Below, in pieces: positions 38,462 through 48,721 of a stretch of 64,000 nucleotides of DNA (positions within the stretch are counted from its first letter, which is position 1; the number at the start of each line of letters is the position of its first letter). The stretch spans positions 508 through 64,507 of the forward strand of contig JAGSHC010000006.1 in assembly GCA_023954745.1 (NCBI GenBank), read 5' to 3'. The DNA is from Deltaproteobacteria bacterium (GTDB lineage Bacteria; Myxococcota_A; UBA796; UBA9615). Made by a program: the position numbers and the translations under genes. The notes below the pieces were generated by a model, which saw nothing but the letters and a program-made list of their open reading frames with translations, searched no databases and had not been told where the DNA came from.

Positions 38462-40222
38462 TCACCACTCTCGGCGCAGCAGCGTGTTCCGGCGCCAGTT
38501 GGCGTCATCGGTCTCGGGGCAGTCGAGGTTGTAGTGCAGCCCTCTTGACTCCCGCCGGCCCAAGGCCGACCGGATGACGACCTCAGCCACTGTCACCAGG
38601 TTCCGGAGCTCGATGAGGTCTGCGCTGATGGTGGAGTCCCAGTAGTACGTGCGGATCTCCTCCCGGATGAGGTCGATGCGGCTGAGGGCGCGCTCCAGCC
38701 GCCGGTCCGTGCGGACGATGCCCACGTAGTCCCACATCAAGCGACGAATCTCGTCCCATGTGTGGTTGATCACCACCAACTCGTCGGAGTCCCGAGCCTC
38801 GCCCGAGTCCCACTTCGGGACGTCGGGCTGGCCCTCCAGGCGCGCGGCCGCGAGGAGGTCGGGCGCCACGCGGGCGCAGCGCCGAGCGGTGACACAAGCC
38901 TCAAGGAGGGAGTTCGACGCAAGGCGGTTTGCCCCGTGCAGGCCGGTGCATGTCACCTCACCCGCGGCGAGCAGCCCCTCGATGAGGGTGCGCCCCGATG
39001 TGTCCACCTGGACCCCACCACAGAAGTAGTGCGCCGCGGGGACGACGGGAATGGGTCCCGCGGTCATGTCGTGGCCGTACTTCATCAGCGTCTTGTGAAT
39101 CCCCGGGAAGCGGGCGCGCACGAACTCGTCGTCCTTGTCGCTGACATCGAGGAGGACGTGCTCGAGTCCTCGACGCTTGATCTGCGCGTCGATCTCGCGC
39201 GCGACGATGTCACGCGGCGCGAGGCTGCCCATCGGATGCACGGCGTCCATGAATGGCGTGCCGTCGGGCAGCCTGAGGATGCCGCCTTCCCCCCGCACCG
39301 CCTCGGAGACCAGGAAGCTCTTCGCGGACGCGTCGTACAAGCACGTGGGGTGGAACTGAACGAACTCCATGTTCTCGAGGACCGCGCCGGCCCGGTAGGC
39401 CATGGCCATCCCGTCCCCCGTGGCGACGTCGGGGTTCGAGGTGTAGCGATAGAGTTTGCCGGCGCCTCCGGTGGCCAGCAGGGTCACCCCGGCGAGGAAC
39501 CGGTGGACCTGCCCCGAGGTGGTGTCCAGGCCGTAGGCCCCGTAGCAGCGGTCCTCGGTGTTGGGCATCCAACCCTCGGGTCCTCCCGGGCCGTACCGCT
39601 TCTCGACTTCGGGCCCGTACAAGCCCAAGCGTCGCTTGGCGAGGTGCCGCAGGACCTTGCGCTTCGTGACGAGGTCGATGGCGATGTGGTGGTCGAGCAG
39701 GGTGATCCGGGGGTGCTGGTCGACGGCCGCGAGCAAGGCGCGCTGGATCTCAGCGCCGGTCATGTCTCCGGCGTGGAGTATCCGGCGGGTGCTGTGCCCG
39801 CCCTCGCGCGTCAGGTGATAGTCCGCTTGCTCATGGGCCGCGAGGGGGCCGTGTTCCTCGCCCTCCTCGCCCTCCTCGTCGGTGCCGGGCTCCCCTTCCC
39901 TCGTGAAGCGGACCCCCCACTCGATGAGCCGCTCGACCGCCTCGGGCCCCTCCCGGAGGATGTCACGGACCAGCTCCTCGCCCGCCAGGTTTGCGCCCGC
40001 TTCGATGGTGTCTGCCACGTGGGCTTCGAGGCTGTCTTCCTCGTCCCACACCGCAGCGATGCCGCCCTGGGCCCAGGCGGTGTTGGCCACCTCGGGGCGC
40101 CGCTTCGTGAGCACGGTCACCCTCCCGTGCCTCGCTGCTTCGAGCGCGAACGAGAGGCCCGCAAGGCCCGAGCCGATCACGAGGAAGTCAGTCACCATCG
40201 GGGAGTTGTCGTCGGAGGGCAT
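38462..40222 (-). CDS. nadB: L-aspartate oxidase
   Basis: [19 protein letters not shown]...[13 protein letters not shown]...[15 protein letters not shown]. Confidence 0.9.
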   Translation of the reverse strand: MPSDDNSPMVTDFLVIGSGLAGLSFALEAARHGRVTVLTKRRPEVANTAWAQGGIAAVWDEEDSLEAHVADTIEAGANLAGEELVRDILREGPEAVERLIEWGVRFTREGEPGTDEEGEEGEEHGPLAAHEQADYHLTREGGHSTRRILHAGDMTGAEIQRALLAAVDQHPRITLLDHHIAIDLVTKRKVLRHLAKRRLGLYGPEVEKRYGPGGPEGWMPNTEDRCYGAYGLDTTSGQVHRFLAGVTLLATGGAGKLYRYTSNPDVATGDGMAMAYRAGAVLENMEFVQFHPTCLYDASAKSFLVSEAVRGEGGILRLPDGTPFMDAVHPMGSLAPRDIVAREIDAQIKRRGLEHVLLDVSDKDDEFVRARFPGIHKTLMKYGHDMTAGPIPVVPAAHYFCGGVQVDTSGRTLIEGLLAAGEVTCTGLHGANRLASNSLLEACVTARRCARVAPDLLAAARLEGQPDVPKWDSGEARDSDELVVINHTWDEIRRLMWDYVGIVRTDRRLERALSRIDLIREEIRTYYWDSTISADLIELRNLVTVAEVVIRSALGRRESRGLHYNLDCPETDDANWRRNTLLRREW

Positions 40223-40262
40223 CGGCGCATCCTACCGCTGCCTTCAGCCCCGGTGGGGTAGG

Positions 40263-40913
40263 ATGGAGCCGATGAACTCCATCCCTCTCACCCGCGCCAT
40301 CTTGCTGTTGGTGCTGCTCGTGACCCCCGCGAGTCCGGCGCTCGCGGGCGGAGACATCTACATCGGCACGGACGCCAACGGCGTCGTGACCTTCACGGAC
40401 ACCCCGCCGGCGGACCTCGATGGGTTCGATGTGTTCATCCAGGAGCTCGACGCCGACCGCCCCGGTGATTGGGCACAGATCGACGCAGCGTTGCTGAAGC
40501 GCAACCTGGACAACTACGACCGCGAGATCCTCGCTGCCGCCGAGACCTACCGGGTCGCGCCGGAGCTGGTCAAAGCAGTCGTCCTCGTGGAGTCGGGGAT
40601 GAACCCCCGCGCCAAGAGCCCGGTGGGCGCGCAAGGACTGATGCAGCTCATGCCGGGGACGGCGGACGAGGTCGGCGTCGCCGACAGCTACGACCCGAAA
40701 GACAACATCCAAGGCGGCACCCGCTACTTGCGCCGCATGCTCGACAGCTTCCAGGGCGACCGCACTCTCGCGCTTGCGGCCTACAACGCGGGCCCGGGCA
40801 ACGTGCGCAAGTACAACGGAGTACCTCCCTTCAAGGAGACGCAGTACTACGTCGGCAAGGTCCTCAAGTACTACCGCTACTTCCTCGCTGAGCGCCCCCT
40901 CCGCCGCACCTGA
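40263..40913 (+). CDS. Lytic transglycosylase (SLT domain) with a DUF4124-like N-terminus
   Basis: In-frame part of ORF 39882..40913. Has a signal peptide. [26 protein letters not shown] and AYNAGPGNV. The start is ATG 40263 or 40272. Confidence 0.8.
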   Translation: MEPMNSIPLTRAILLLVLLVTPASPALAGGDIYIGTDANGVVTFTDTPPADLDGFDVFIQELDADRPGDWAQIDAALLKRNLDNYDREILAAAETYRVAPELVKAVVLVESGMNPRAKSPVGAQGLMQLMPGTADEVGVADSYDPKDNIQGGTRYLRRMLDSFQGDRTLALAAYNAGPGNVRKYNGVPPFKETQYYVGKVLKYYRYFLAERPLRRT

Positions 40914-41473
40914 TGTCGTCGTTCTGGAACCTCCCAAACACCATCACGGTGGTGCGCATCCTCGCGATCCCTCTGATCGTGTGGCTGATGATGGACGGCT
41001 CGTGGGGCCGGTCCTGGGGCGCCGGCTGGGTCTTCATCTTCGCCATCATCGGCGACTTCCTGGACGGGTACTTCGCCCGTAAGCTCAACCTCCAGAGCAA
41101 GATGGGCGCGTTTCTCGACCCGTTGGCGGACAAGCTCATTGTCTGCACGGTCCTCATCATGCTCATCCCCCTTGGCCGAGTGGAGGCCTGGCTCGTCGCC
41201 CTCCTGATCTGCCGCGAGCTCACCATCACCGCCCTGCGGGCCGTGGCGGCCAACGACGGCGTCGTCATCGCGGCCAGCAAGTGGGGCAAGTACAAGACCG
41301 CCTTTCAGGGCACGGCGCTCTCTCTGCTTTGCCTGCACTACCCCTTCGTTGGGGTGGACCTGCATCGCGTCGGGTACGGGACCCTCTGGGTCGCGACGCT
41401 CTTCAGCATGTGGAGCGCGCTCGACTACCTCGTGGGCTACGCCCGCGTCGCCGAGAGCGCCGCTGCGAGCTAG
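40913..41473 (+). CDS. pgsA: CDP-diacylglycerol--glycerol-3-phosphate 3-phosphatidyltransferase
   Basis: NLPNTITVVRILAIPLIV...GDFLDGYFARKLNLQSKMGAFLDPLADK. Confidence 0.9.
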   Translation: MSSFWNLPNTITVVRILAIPLIVWLMMDGSWGRSWGAGWVFIFAIIGDFLDGYFARKLNLQSKMGAFLDPLADKLIVCTVLIMLIPLGRVEAWLVALLICRELTITALRAVAANDGVVIAASKWGKYKTAFQGTALSLLCLHYPFVGVDLHRVGYGTLWVATLFSMWSALDYLVGYARVAESAAAS

Positions 41474-41543
41474 ACGGCCTCTGATTCAACCGAGGCGCAG
41501 CTCGGGGTGAGACGCCAAACGACCTCCCCGGAGCGCGGGTCTC

Positions 41544-42005
41544 TCAGTAGACGTTGTTCGCGGTGAGCATCTCGGCCTTCTCGGCCCGATTGCTCGAATA
41601 CTCCACGAAACCCGTGTCCGCATCGACGTCACACGCGGCGGTGGCGGTGAAGTCGTCGGTCTGGAACGTCACGCCGCCCGTCGCCTGTACCTGGTACTGC
41701 CCACGTACGAGGCCGTCGGGGTACCAGCCCAGCATGGTGAACTGCGCGTACCCGCCGCCGGTGAAGGTGGTCATGCTCGCCCCGGGCATGGTGAGCGGGG
41801 TCAGCGGCGCGGACGTGTATTCGTCCCACTCGGAGTGATACGCCAGCTCCGAGAGCCGCAAGGTGTTGATGTTGACGGGCAGCTCGGCGCGCTTCGCCCG
41901 CATCTGCATCATCATGAAGTTCGGTATCGCGATGCTCGCGAGAATGCTGATGATCGCCACGACGATCATCAGTTCGATAAGCGTGAATCCTCGGCTGTCG
42001 TGCAT
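41544..42005 (-). CDS. Type IV pilin paralog
   Basis: Prepilin leader MHDSRG/FTLIELMIVVAIISILASIAIPNF. Collinear with the pilin at 44646..45110. Confidence 0.85.
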   Translation of the reverse strand: MHDSRGFTLIELMIVVAIISILASIAIPNFMMMQMRAKRAELPVNINTLRLSELAYHSEWDEYTSAPLTPLTMPGASMTTFTGGGYAQFTMLGWYPDGLVRGQYQVQATGGVTFQTDDFTATAACDVDADTGFVEYSSNRAEKAEMLTANNVY

Positions 42006-42060
42006 GTGCAGGCCCCGTCCTCGCCCTCGATCGATTCCGATTCCGCGCCAGAAACGCGGA

Positions 42061-44490
42061 CTACCACTCCGAAGGCCTCGTGGGCCCTCGCATCTCCCGG
42101 GCGTTGGGCAAGAGCCCCGCCCCCAGTTCCCTCACCAGGCGAAATCCTACCGAGGGGAAGACCTCCCGGGGAAGATGGCCGGTGCGGGTACACACCCGGC
42201 TGTATCGCATGGGCTGGGCCCAGGACCCCCCACGCACCGGCCGCAAGGTCATCTCGTCATCGAACCAACCGTCGCACCACTCCGCAACAGAGCCACCGAC
42301 ATCCTGGACACCGTACGGCGAGACATCGGTGGAGTAGGCGCCCACCGGCGCGGGGGCCGGTCGTGACTGTTGGCTCTCCGACGTCTTACAGAAGCCGCCA
42401 TCCCCGTGGTCCCCCCACGGATAGAAGCGGCCATCCACACCGCGGGCCGCCTTCTCCCACTCCGCCTCGGTCGGCAACCGGAACAGAACGTCTTCCCGAC
42501 GTCCCTTCCATTCGGCGTACGCGCGAGCGTCCTCCCAGGAGATGCCGAAGACCGGAAGGTCCACCCCGAGGGAGTCGCCATCGCGGGTCACCTCGGGGAG
42601 GTGGTAGCGGCCGGACGCGTCGCGATGCACGTAGGCGCCAGCCTCGTCACGCTCGCGAGGGGCCCGGAACCGAGCAAGCAGGGGGTCCTGGACCGCGAGG
42701 TCGTTGATGAACTCGAGGTACTCCCCCATCGTGACGGGGGAGCGGGCGACGGCAAAGTCCGGCACCTCGACCTGCTGCCGCGGCAGCGAGCCGAACGCGT
42801 GGGGATCGCCACCCATCCAGAACGAGCCCGCTGGGACATGCACGTAGTCCTCGGACAGCGTGCCCTCGGGCAACAGGTGGAGATGCAAGCGCACGTGCTC
42901 CATGCGGTCGATGTACAGCGGCACCCGCGCTGCGCGGTGTCCTGGCCGGCTCAGCTCCAGCTGGTAGCTGCCCATGGCCACGCCCACCTGCATCAGGGGG
43001 CTCTCACCGAGGTCCTTGCCATCCACGGGCGACAGGATCCGGTCCGACTCCTCCAGCCGATAGAGGCGCACATGGGTGCCTTCGGGGGTCGTCTCGAGGG
43101 AGAGCCGACCGGTGCCGGCGAGGAAGTTGCTGTAGGTGCCGTCGTCGTACTGTTCGACGAGGGCGCGGTAGGTGCGTTGCCCCTTGTGGTCACGCCTCGC
43201 TTCCGCGTCCCGGAACTGGTTCCAGTACAGGGCCGCGAGCCCCAGCCGCGCCTCGCGATTCTCGGGGTCGTAGGCGAGCGCCTGGCCGTAGCTCGTCAGG
43301 GCAGAGCCGAAGACATCGATGGCCTCCGACTCGGCTGCCTCGAGGCGCTCTTCGGCGGCCCAGAGCTCGCGCCGCCGCTCGATGGGGTCCCAGGCCTTGA
43401 CCCGGGCTCGAAGCTTGCGGACTTCACGCTGCAGCTCCTGCGCCTGGGCCTGAAGCTCTTCGTAGCGCGACGCAGCCATCACGCCCTGATGCACACGAAT
43501 GCCCGCCTCCTGGCGGCGCTTCGTGCCCTCGAGGTAGTTCTCGATCTCCTTGTAGAGCGCCATGGCGCTCTGGGGGCGCCGCGAGATGTCCTTGCTCAGG
43601 CAACGCACGGCGAGGTCGTCGAGCTCGACGGGGATGTTGCGGTGGGGGGCGCGCTTGCGGGGCGGAACGACCTGATCGTAGGCGACGGAACGGACCACTT
43701 TGCGCGGGTCCTTGCCTGAGAAGGGTCTGCGATGAGTCAGGACCTCGTAGAGGATGACTCCCAGCGAGTACACGTCCGACTGGACCCCGACCTCGTCCAC
43801 GAGACCGCGGGCCTGCTCCGGCGACATGTAGGCGGGGGTGCCCTTGACGGTCCCGACCTGGGTGACCATCTCCGGCGCGGAGCCCGTGGCAGTGAGGACC
43901 GGGTCCGGCTCGACGACGGGGTTCTCGCCCGTGTCCTCGTGACTGGTACCGATGACCTTCGCCAAGCCCCAATCCATCACCTGCACTTCACCGAAGTCGC
44001 CGAGCATGATGTTGCTCGGCTTCAGGTCCCGGTGGATGACGCCCTTGCTGTGCGCATAGGCGACGGCCTGGCAACACGCTTGAAGCACCTGGAGGAGGCG
44101 AACCCGGCCGAACTCCTTGCGGGTCGCCGGGTCTCCACGCTTGAGCGCCTTCAGGGTGTCCTCGAGGGTGCGCCCCTCGACGAGCTTCATCGTGAAGAAG
44201 GTCTCGTCGTTGTCGAAGAGACCCAGGTCGTGCACGGGCACGATGTTGGGGTGCTCGAGTTGACCCGTGATCTGGACTTCTTCGAGGAAGCGAGCCACTT
44301 CGCGCTTGCTCGCGCTGCTCCCCTTGCGAAGCCGCTTCAGCGCGACCCGCCTCCCGATCCACGAGTCATAGGCGACGGTGACACGGCCGTGCCCCCCCTT
44401 GCCTACTTCTTCTCCAAAGCGATAGCGGGGCTCTCGGCCCTCCGAAATGCGCTGGATCAGTCTCTGGGCGCCTTCAGCCTCGTCGGCCAT
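42061..44490 (-). CDS. Ser/Thr protein kinase fused to a C-terminal FGE-sulfatase (SUMF1-like) domain
   Basis: GKGGHGRV..ALKRL, HRDLKPSNIM, DFGLAK-like DWGLAK, SPEQ. A coiled coil, and a C-terminal ...PVTMGEYLEF...RGGSW motif set. Confidence 0.85.
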   Translation of the reverse strand: MADEAEGAQRLIQRISEGREPRYRFGEEVGKGGHGRVTVAYDSWIGRRVALKRLRKGSSASKREVARFLEEVQITGQLEHPNIVPVHDLGLFDNDETFFTMKLVEGRTLEDTLKALKRGDPATRKEFGRVRLLQVLQACCQAVAYAHSKGVIHRDLKPSNIMLGDFGEVQVMDWGLAKVIGTSHEDTGENPVVEPDPVLTATGSAPEMVTQVGTVKGTPAYMSPEQARGLVDEVGVQSDVYSLGVILYEVLTHRRPFSGKDPRKVVRSVAYDQVVPPRKRAPHRNIPVELDDLAVRCLSKDISRRPQSAMALYKEIENYLEGTKRRQEAGIRVHQGVMAASRYEELQAQAQELQREVRKLRARVKAWDPIERRRELWAAEERLEAAESEAIDVFGSALTSYGQALAYDPENREARLGLAALYWNQFRDAEARRDHKGQRTYRALVEQYDDGTYSNFLAGTGRLSLETTPEGTHVRLYRLEESDRILSPVDGKDLGESPLMQVGVAMGSYQLELSRPGHRAARVPLYIDRMEHVRLHLHLLPEGTLSEDYVHVPAGSFWMGGDPHAFGSLPRQQVEVPDFAVARSPVTMGEYLEFINDLAVQDPLLARFRAPRERDEAGAYVHRDASGRYHLPEVTRDGDSLGVDLPVFGISWEDARAYAEWKGRREDVLFRLPTEAEWEKAARGVDGRFYPWGDHGDGGFCKTSESQQSRPAPAPVGAYSTDVSPYGVQDVGGSVAEWCDGWFDDEMTLRPVRGGSWAQPMRYSRVCTRTGHLPREVFPSVGFRLVRELGAGLLPNAREMRGPTRPSEW

Positions 44491-44580
44491 AGTCAGATTC
44501 TACCGGAGCGAGCCCCACGAATGCGCGAGGCAGAGGAGGGGCGAGGACTCAGAAGGGACAGGGTCGAGCCCCCAAGCAGG

Positions 44581-44608
44581 AAACCCGGCGGGAAGACCCG
44601 CCGGGTTT
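44581..44608 (-). terminator. Intrinsic terminator after pilA
   Basis: Minus-strand RNA AAACCCGGCGG-GUCUUC-CCGCCGGGUUU (11-bp stem), followed by CCUGCUU. Confidence 0.7.
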
Positions 44609-44645
44609 CGCTGTGATTCGTCGAGCGGGCGAGCCGCTCAATGAC

Positions 44646-45110
44646 TCAGTACAGGTTGTTCGCGGTGACCATGCCGGCCTTCTGCGCCCGGTTGCACGAG
44701 TACACGGCGTTGGCGGAGTCGCCATCGACGTCGGACTGCGCGGTCGCGGTGAAGTCGTCCAGGGAGAAGTTCGCACCCTGAGCGGCGTTGCCGACCTCGT
44801 AGGAGCCGCGCACGAGGCCATCAGCGGTCCAACCGAGGTTGGCGAAGCTGTCGTAGCCGGTGCCCGTGAACGTCGTCTGGTTACGACCGCTGGGGGTCGC
44901 GGCGGGGGTACCACCGGCGTTCGTGAACGCGTCCCACTCAGCGATGTACGCCTTCTCTGCGGTGCGGATGCCGTCGAGGTTCGAGGGGAGCTCAGCCCGC
45001 TTCGCCCGCAGCTGCATCGCGAGGAAGTTGGGGATGGCGATGGCGGCGAGGATGCCGATGATCGCGACGACGATCATGAGCTCGATGAGGGTAAAGCCCT
45101 TGCGGTTCAT
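44646..45110 (-). CDS. pilA: Major type IV pilin
   Basis: MNRKG/FTLIELMIVVAIIGILAAIAIPNF. It has its own sigma54 promoter and terminator. GGAGAG SD. Confidence 0.9.
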   Translation of the reverse strand: MNRKGFTLIELMIVVAIIGILAAIAIPNFLAMQLRAKRAELPSNLDGIRTAEKAYIAEWDAFTNAGGTPAATPSGRNQTTFTGTGYDSFANLGWTADGLVRGSYEVGNAAQGANFSLDDFTATAQSDVDGDSANAVYSCNRAQKAGMVTANNLY

Positions 45111-45158
45111 TCTGTATCTCTCCAGAGAGTGTTGGGGAAAACGAGTGGTCCTTGGCTA

Positions 45159-45174
45159 TGCGATGGCCGTGCCA
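45159..45174 (-). promoter_or_regulatory. Sigma54 (-24/-12) promoter of pilA
   Basis: Minus strand reads TGGCAC-GGCCA-TCGCA (consensus TGGCAC-N5-TTGCA) with exact spacing. It lies about 50 nt upstream of the pilA ATG, and pilR (a sigma54 activator) is adjacent. Confidence 0.7.
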
Positions 45175-45282
45175 ACTCTGGCGATGCGGGCAAAGAACTG
45201 CCGACAAAGCAGGCGTCATCTATGTCTGCGGGATTCTCCACCGCGATTTGACTTTCGTGGAGTCCCATCAGTCCAGAGACCT

Positions 45283-45322
45283 GGGTGACGTTTTTTGTCA
45301 CCGATCCGCGGAGCGGGTGACG
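45283..45322. promoter_or_regulatory. Candidate PilR upstream activating sites
   Basis: GGGTGACG at 45283-45290 and 45315-45322 (32 bp apart), plus an inverted GTCACC at 45297-45302 that forms the palindrome GGTGAC-N7-GTCACC. They lie 110-160 bp upstream of the sigma54 promoter. Confidence 0.35.
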
Positions 45323-45383
45323 AACTACGGCACCCGCCCGGAGAAATCTGATGGCGCGGCGTTTGTCCAGCCGCCGGCCAGGA

Positions 45384-46775
45384 TCATCCCCGCGTGGGGG
45401 GCTCCTCGATACCGATCTTCTGCAGTCGGTACCTCAGTGATCGGAAGGTGATCCGAAGGAGCTTCGCGGCCTCCGTCTTCACGCCGCCGGATACCTCGAG
45501 GGCGCTCTCGATCAGCATCAGTTCGTACCGCTCGAGGGCGCCGTCCAGGTCCATCCCCTCCGGCGGCACCGACGAGGGCAGGGCACCGACGTCGCCGGCC
45601 GGGCCGACCACCTCGGGCGGAAGCGCATCGGGGGTCACCACGTCTCCCCGGCTCAGAGCCACCCCGCGCTGGACCGCGTTCTCGAGCTCCCGCACGTTGC
45701 CGGGCCAGGTGTGTCCCGCGAGGGCGCGCAAAGCCTCGGCCCCCACGGAGATGCCCGGCCGCCCGAACTGCTCGCCGTACTTCTCCACGAAGTGTTCGAC
45801 GAGCATCGGCAGGTCGCCCAGGCGCTCGCGCAGGGCCGGCAAGGCGATGGTGACTACGTTGAGCCGGTAGTAGAGGTCTTCGCGAAAGCGTCCCGCGGCT
45901 ACCTCGGCCGGGAGGTCGCGGTTGGTCGCTGCCACCAGCCGAACGTCGACCGACACCTCCTCGGACCCTCCGACGGGTCGGACCTTGCGCTCCTGGAGGG
46001 CGCGCAGGACCTTCACCTGAGTCGCCAAGGGCATCTCACCGATCTCGTCGAGGAAGAGCGTGCCGCCGTCGGCGCTGGCGAAGAGGCCCGGGTGGTCCTT
46101 GTTGGCCCCGGTGAACGCGCCCTTCTTGTAGCCGAAGAGCTCCGACTCGATGAGGTTCTCGGGGATGGCGCCGCAGTTGATCGAGCGGAACGGAGCCTCC
46201 CGGCGCTCGCCCTCATAGTGGAGCGCGCGCGCGACGAGCTCCTTGCCCGTGCCGCTCTCCCCGGTCACGAGGACGCTCACCGGGGTGTCCTTCACCCGGT
46301 CCATCAGGTCGTATACGGCGGCCATCGGGGCGGATCGGCCCACCATGCTCCCGTAGCCGAAGCGGTCCACGAGCAATCTGCGCAGCGCCGTGTTCTCGGT
46401 GCGCATCGCCTGCTTCTCGAAGCACTTGTCGAGGACCAGCTTGAGCTCGTCCACGTTGAAGGGCTTCGTGATGTAGTCGTAGGCCCCGTGCCGCATCGCC
46501 TGCACTGCGTTCTCCGTGGTGCCGTATGCCGTGATCATCACGACCTCGGTGTCCGGCCAGTGCTCCTTGACGCCGGTCAACACTCCCATCCCGTCGATGC
46601 CCTCCATTGTGAGGTCCGTCAGCACGACGTCTGCGGGATCGCGCGTCATCTCGTGGAGCCCGTCGCGCCCGCTGGCGGCGGCCCGGACGGCGTAGCCCTC
46701 CCGCTTGAGCCAGATCGACAAGAACTGCCTCAGCGAACGGTCGTCGTCGACGACGAGCACCTTGCCCTTGCTCAT
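45384..46775 (-). CDS. pilR: Sigma54-dependent response regulator (NtrC family)
   Basis: Receiver domain (VLVVDDD), AAA+ domain GESGTGKELVARALH and ESELFGYKKGAFTGA, and a C-terminal HTH. Confidence 0.9.
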   Translation of the reverse strand: MSKGKVLVVDDDRSLRQFLSIWLKREGYAVRAAASGRDGLHEMTRDPADVVLTDLTMEGIDGMGVLTGVKEHWPDTEVVMITAYGTTENAVQAMRHGAYDYITKPFNVDELKLVLDKCFEKQAMRTENTALRRLLVDRFGYGSMVGRSAPMAAVYDLMDRVKDTPVSVLVTGESGTGKELVARALHYEGERREAPFRSINCGAIPENLIESELFGYKKGAFTGANKDHPGLFASADGGTLFLDEIGEMPLATQVKVLRALQERKVRPVGGSEEVSVDVRLVAATNRDLPAEVAAGRFREDLYYRLNVVTIALPALRERLGDLPMLVEHFVEKYGEQFGRPGISVGAEALRALAGHTWPGNVRELENAVQRGVALSRGDVVTPDALPPEVVGPAGDVGALPSSVPPEGMDLDGALERYELMLIESALEVSGGVKTEAAKLLRITFRSLRYRLQKIGIEEPPTRG

Positions 46776-48652
46776 CGGAAACCTCGGAGGACCTGGGGTG
46801 GAGGACGGATGGAGCCCATGCTCTCGGTGGTCAGATCCGTCGCTGACCGCACCGGCAGCCAGATGGCGAATGTCGTTCCTTGTCCAACCTTGCTGCGCAC
46901 GCTGATGACGCCTCCATGGGACTGCACGATTCGCTGGACGATGGCCAGACCGAGCCCGGTCCCGCCCGAACGGGTCGTGTAGAACGGATCAAAGATGCTC
47001 GCCAGGGACTCGTCGGGGATTCCCTCGCCCTGGTCCGTGACCGTAAGGCGGATCGCATCGACGCCGTGGTCGAAGATGCCCTCCTCCGTCGCGGCCGCTC
47101 CCACCTCGTTGAACTCCCAGTACCCCGAGTCTCCCTGACCCGTCGCGATGAGTCCGAGGTGCTCGGGGGTGATGCGCTCACTCTTCACGCGGATGGTTCC
47201 ACCCGCCGGCATCGCCAGCGATGCGTTGTTGAACAGGTTCCAGAACACCTGACGCATGCGCGCACCATCGAGGAGGATCTCGGGGTCGTACTCCAGCTCG
47301 AGGTCGACCTTGAGCTGGCCCTCGACCCGGCGCTCGAGCAGAGCGACTGTCTCCCGGAGGAGAAGCCCCAGCTGACCGGGCTGCAGCTTCGGCACCTCGT
47401 CGCGGGCGAGGGCGAGGAAGTCGGTCACGAGGTCGTTGAGACGCGCCGCCTCCCGTTGCACGAGACCGAGGAGTTCGGCGTCCTCCTCCTGGAGACCCGC
47501 CCCCGCGCGCAGAACCTGAACCGAACCGGTGATGGACGAGAGGGGGTTGCGAATCTCGTGCGCGATGGCCGCGGACAGACGGCCGACCGCCGCGAGTCGC
47601 TCCTCCCGCTGGAGACGCTCCTCCATCAACAGCAAGCGCGTCCGGTCCTCGAACACCAGGATGTACCCCTCGACCTCGCCAGACATGGCCCTCATCGCCG
47701 AGAGCGAGGTGCGGAGGAACACGCGCTTGCCGTCCTTGCGCGTGGCCCAACGCTCGAACGTGTGGCCGTGCACCGGGAGGGACGTACCGTCCAGAACCTT
47801 GCGCACCCGGCGCTCGACCCCGGGCATCACGGCGCCGATCTCCTGGCCGAGCACGTCTCCGCCCTCGTGCCGCGTGATCTCCTCCGCCGCCCGGTTGAAG
47901 CTGGTGATCCGGGAGTCGCCATCGATGGTGACGAGGCCGACGTCGATGTTCTGCACGATGCGGCCATGCATGTCCCGGAGTCGAAGCAGCGAATCGGACG
48001 CGCGCGCGAGGGCCTGGCCCGTCTCGGTCTGCTTGCGCGACAGGGAGCCGGCGAGCATTCCGAGCAGGTGGAAACCCAGAAAGTGGAAGCCCACCGTGAA
48101 GTAGGTACTCAGCGCCTCCGCAGAGCCCGCCTGCCAGGGAGGCGGCCGCACGAAACCCGCGGAGTCCATCTGCGGAGCCACTCCGTTCCAGGCCAGGACG
48201 AGGCACAACGCGTACACGAAGGCGTCGAGGCTGGCGACGATGAGTCCCCCCGGGACCAGGAGGAGGTATCCAGCGCCGAGGACGTTGAACACGAAGAGCA
48301 GGATGAACGCCGACTCCTCTGCGCCGGTGAAGAGCACGACGAGCCCGATGCAGAGCGCGTCTACGGCGAACTGGAGGTAGGTGAAGAGCTCGAGGCTCTT
48401 GGTTCGCTTCGCGGCGAACGCGTAGATCCCCGAGAACGCGTAGGCAGCGATGATGATCGGATAGAGATTCGTGGCTGGCTGCGCCGAGGGGTTCCCCTCG
48501 GCCTCCAGCAGCATCGACAGCGCAAACAACGCAGTGACGATGAAGATCCGAACGAACATCAGGCGCTGAAGCCGAGCCGCCAGCAATTCGCGCTCGCCCA
48601 CCTGGGGAGCTTTGAACTCCTCCGCAGCGCTCGCTTCGACTGCTTCTGTCAC
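46772..48652 (-). CDS. pilS: Multi-TM PAS sensor histidine kinase
   Basis: Six or so N-terminal TM segments, a PAS domain, H-box AHEIRNPLSSITGS, and G-box GTGLGLAIVQ. 4-bp overlap with pilR. Confidence 0.8.
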   Translation of the reverse strand: MTEAVEASAAEEFKAPQVGERELLAARLQRLMFVRIFIVTALFALSMLLEAEGNPSAQPATNLYPIIIAAYAFSGIYAFAAKRTKSLELFTYLQFAVDALCIGLVVLFTGAEESAFILLFVFNVLGAGYLLLVPGGLIVASLDAFVYALCLVLAWNGVAPQMDSAGFVRPPPWQAGSAEALSTYFTVGFHFLGFHLLGMLAGSLSRKQTETGQALARASDSLLRLRDMHGRIVQNIDVGLVTIDGDSRITSFNRAAEEITRHEGGDVLGQEIGAVMPGVERRVRKVLDGTSLPVHGHTFERWATRKDGKRVFLRTSLSAMRAMSGEVEGYILVFEDRTRLLLMEERLQREERLAAVGRLSAAIAHEIRNPLSSITGSVQVLRAGAGLQEEDAELLGLVQREAARLNDLVTDFLALARDEVPKLQPGQLGLLLRETVALLERRVEGQLKVDLELEYDPEILLDGARMRQVFWNLFNNASLAMPAGGTIRVKSERITPEHLGLIATGQGDSGYWEFNEVGAAATEEGIFDHGVDAIRLTVTDQGEGIPDESLASIFDPFYTTRSGGTGLGLAIVQRIVQSHGGVISVRSKVGQGTTFAIWLPVRSATDLTTESMGSIRPPPQVLRGFR

Positions 48653-48721
48653 TGGGAATCCTGCGAGTTCCCTACGAAACCCTTTGGCTCCATCGCACCA
48701 GCGTGGCGCGCGCGACCGCCA

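Noticed and set aside
42006-42060. Possible sigma54 promoter (TGGCGC-GGAAT-CGGAA on the minus strand) in front of the second pilin.
   Set aside because: The -12 element lacks the GC dinucleotide at the required position. The 55-nt gap more likely means co-transcription with the kinase, or an unrecognised promoter.
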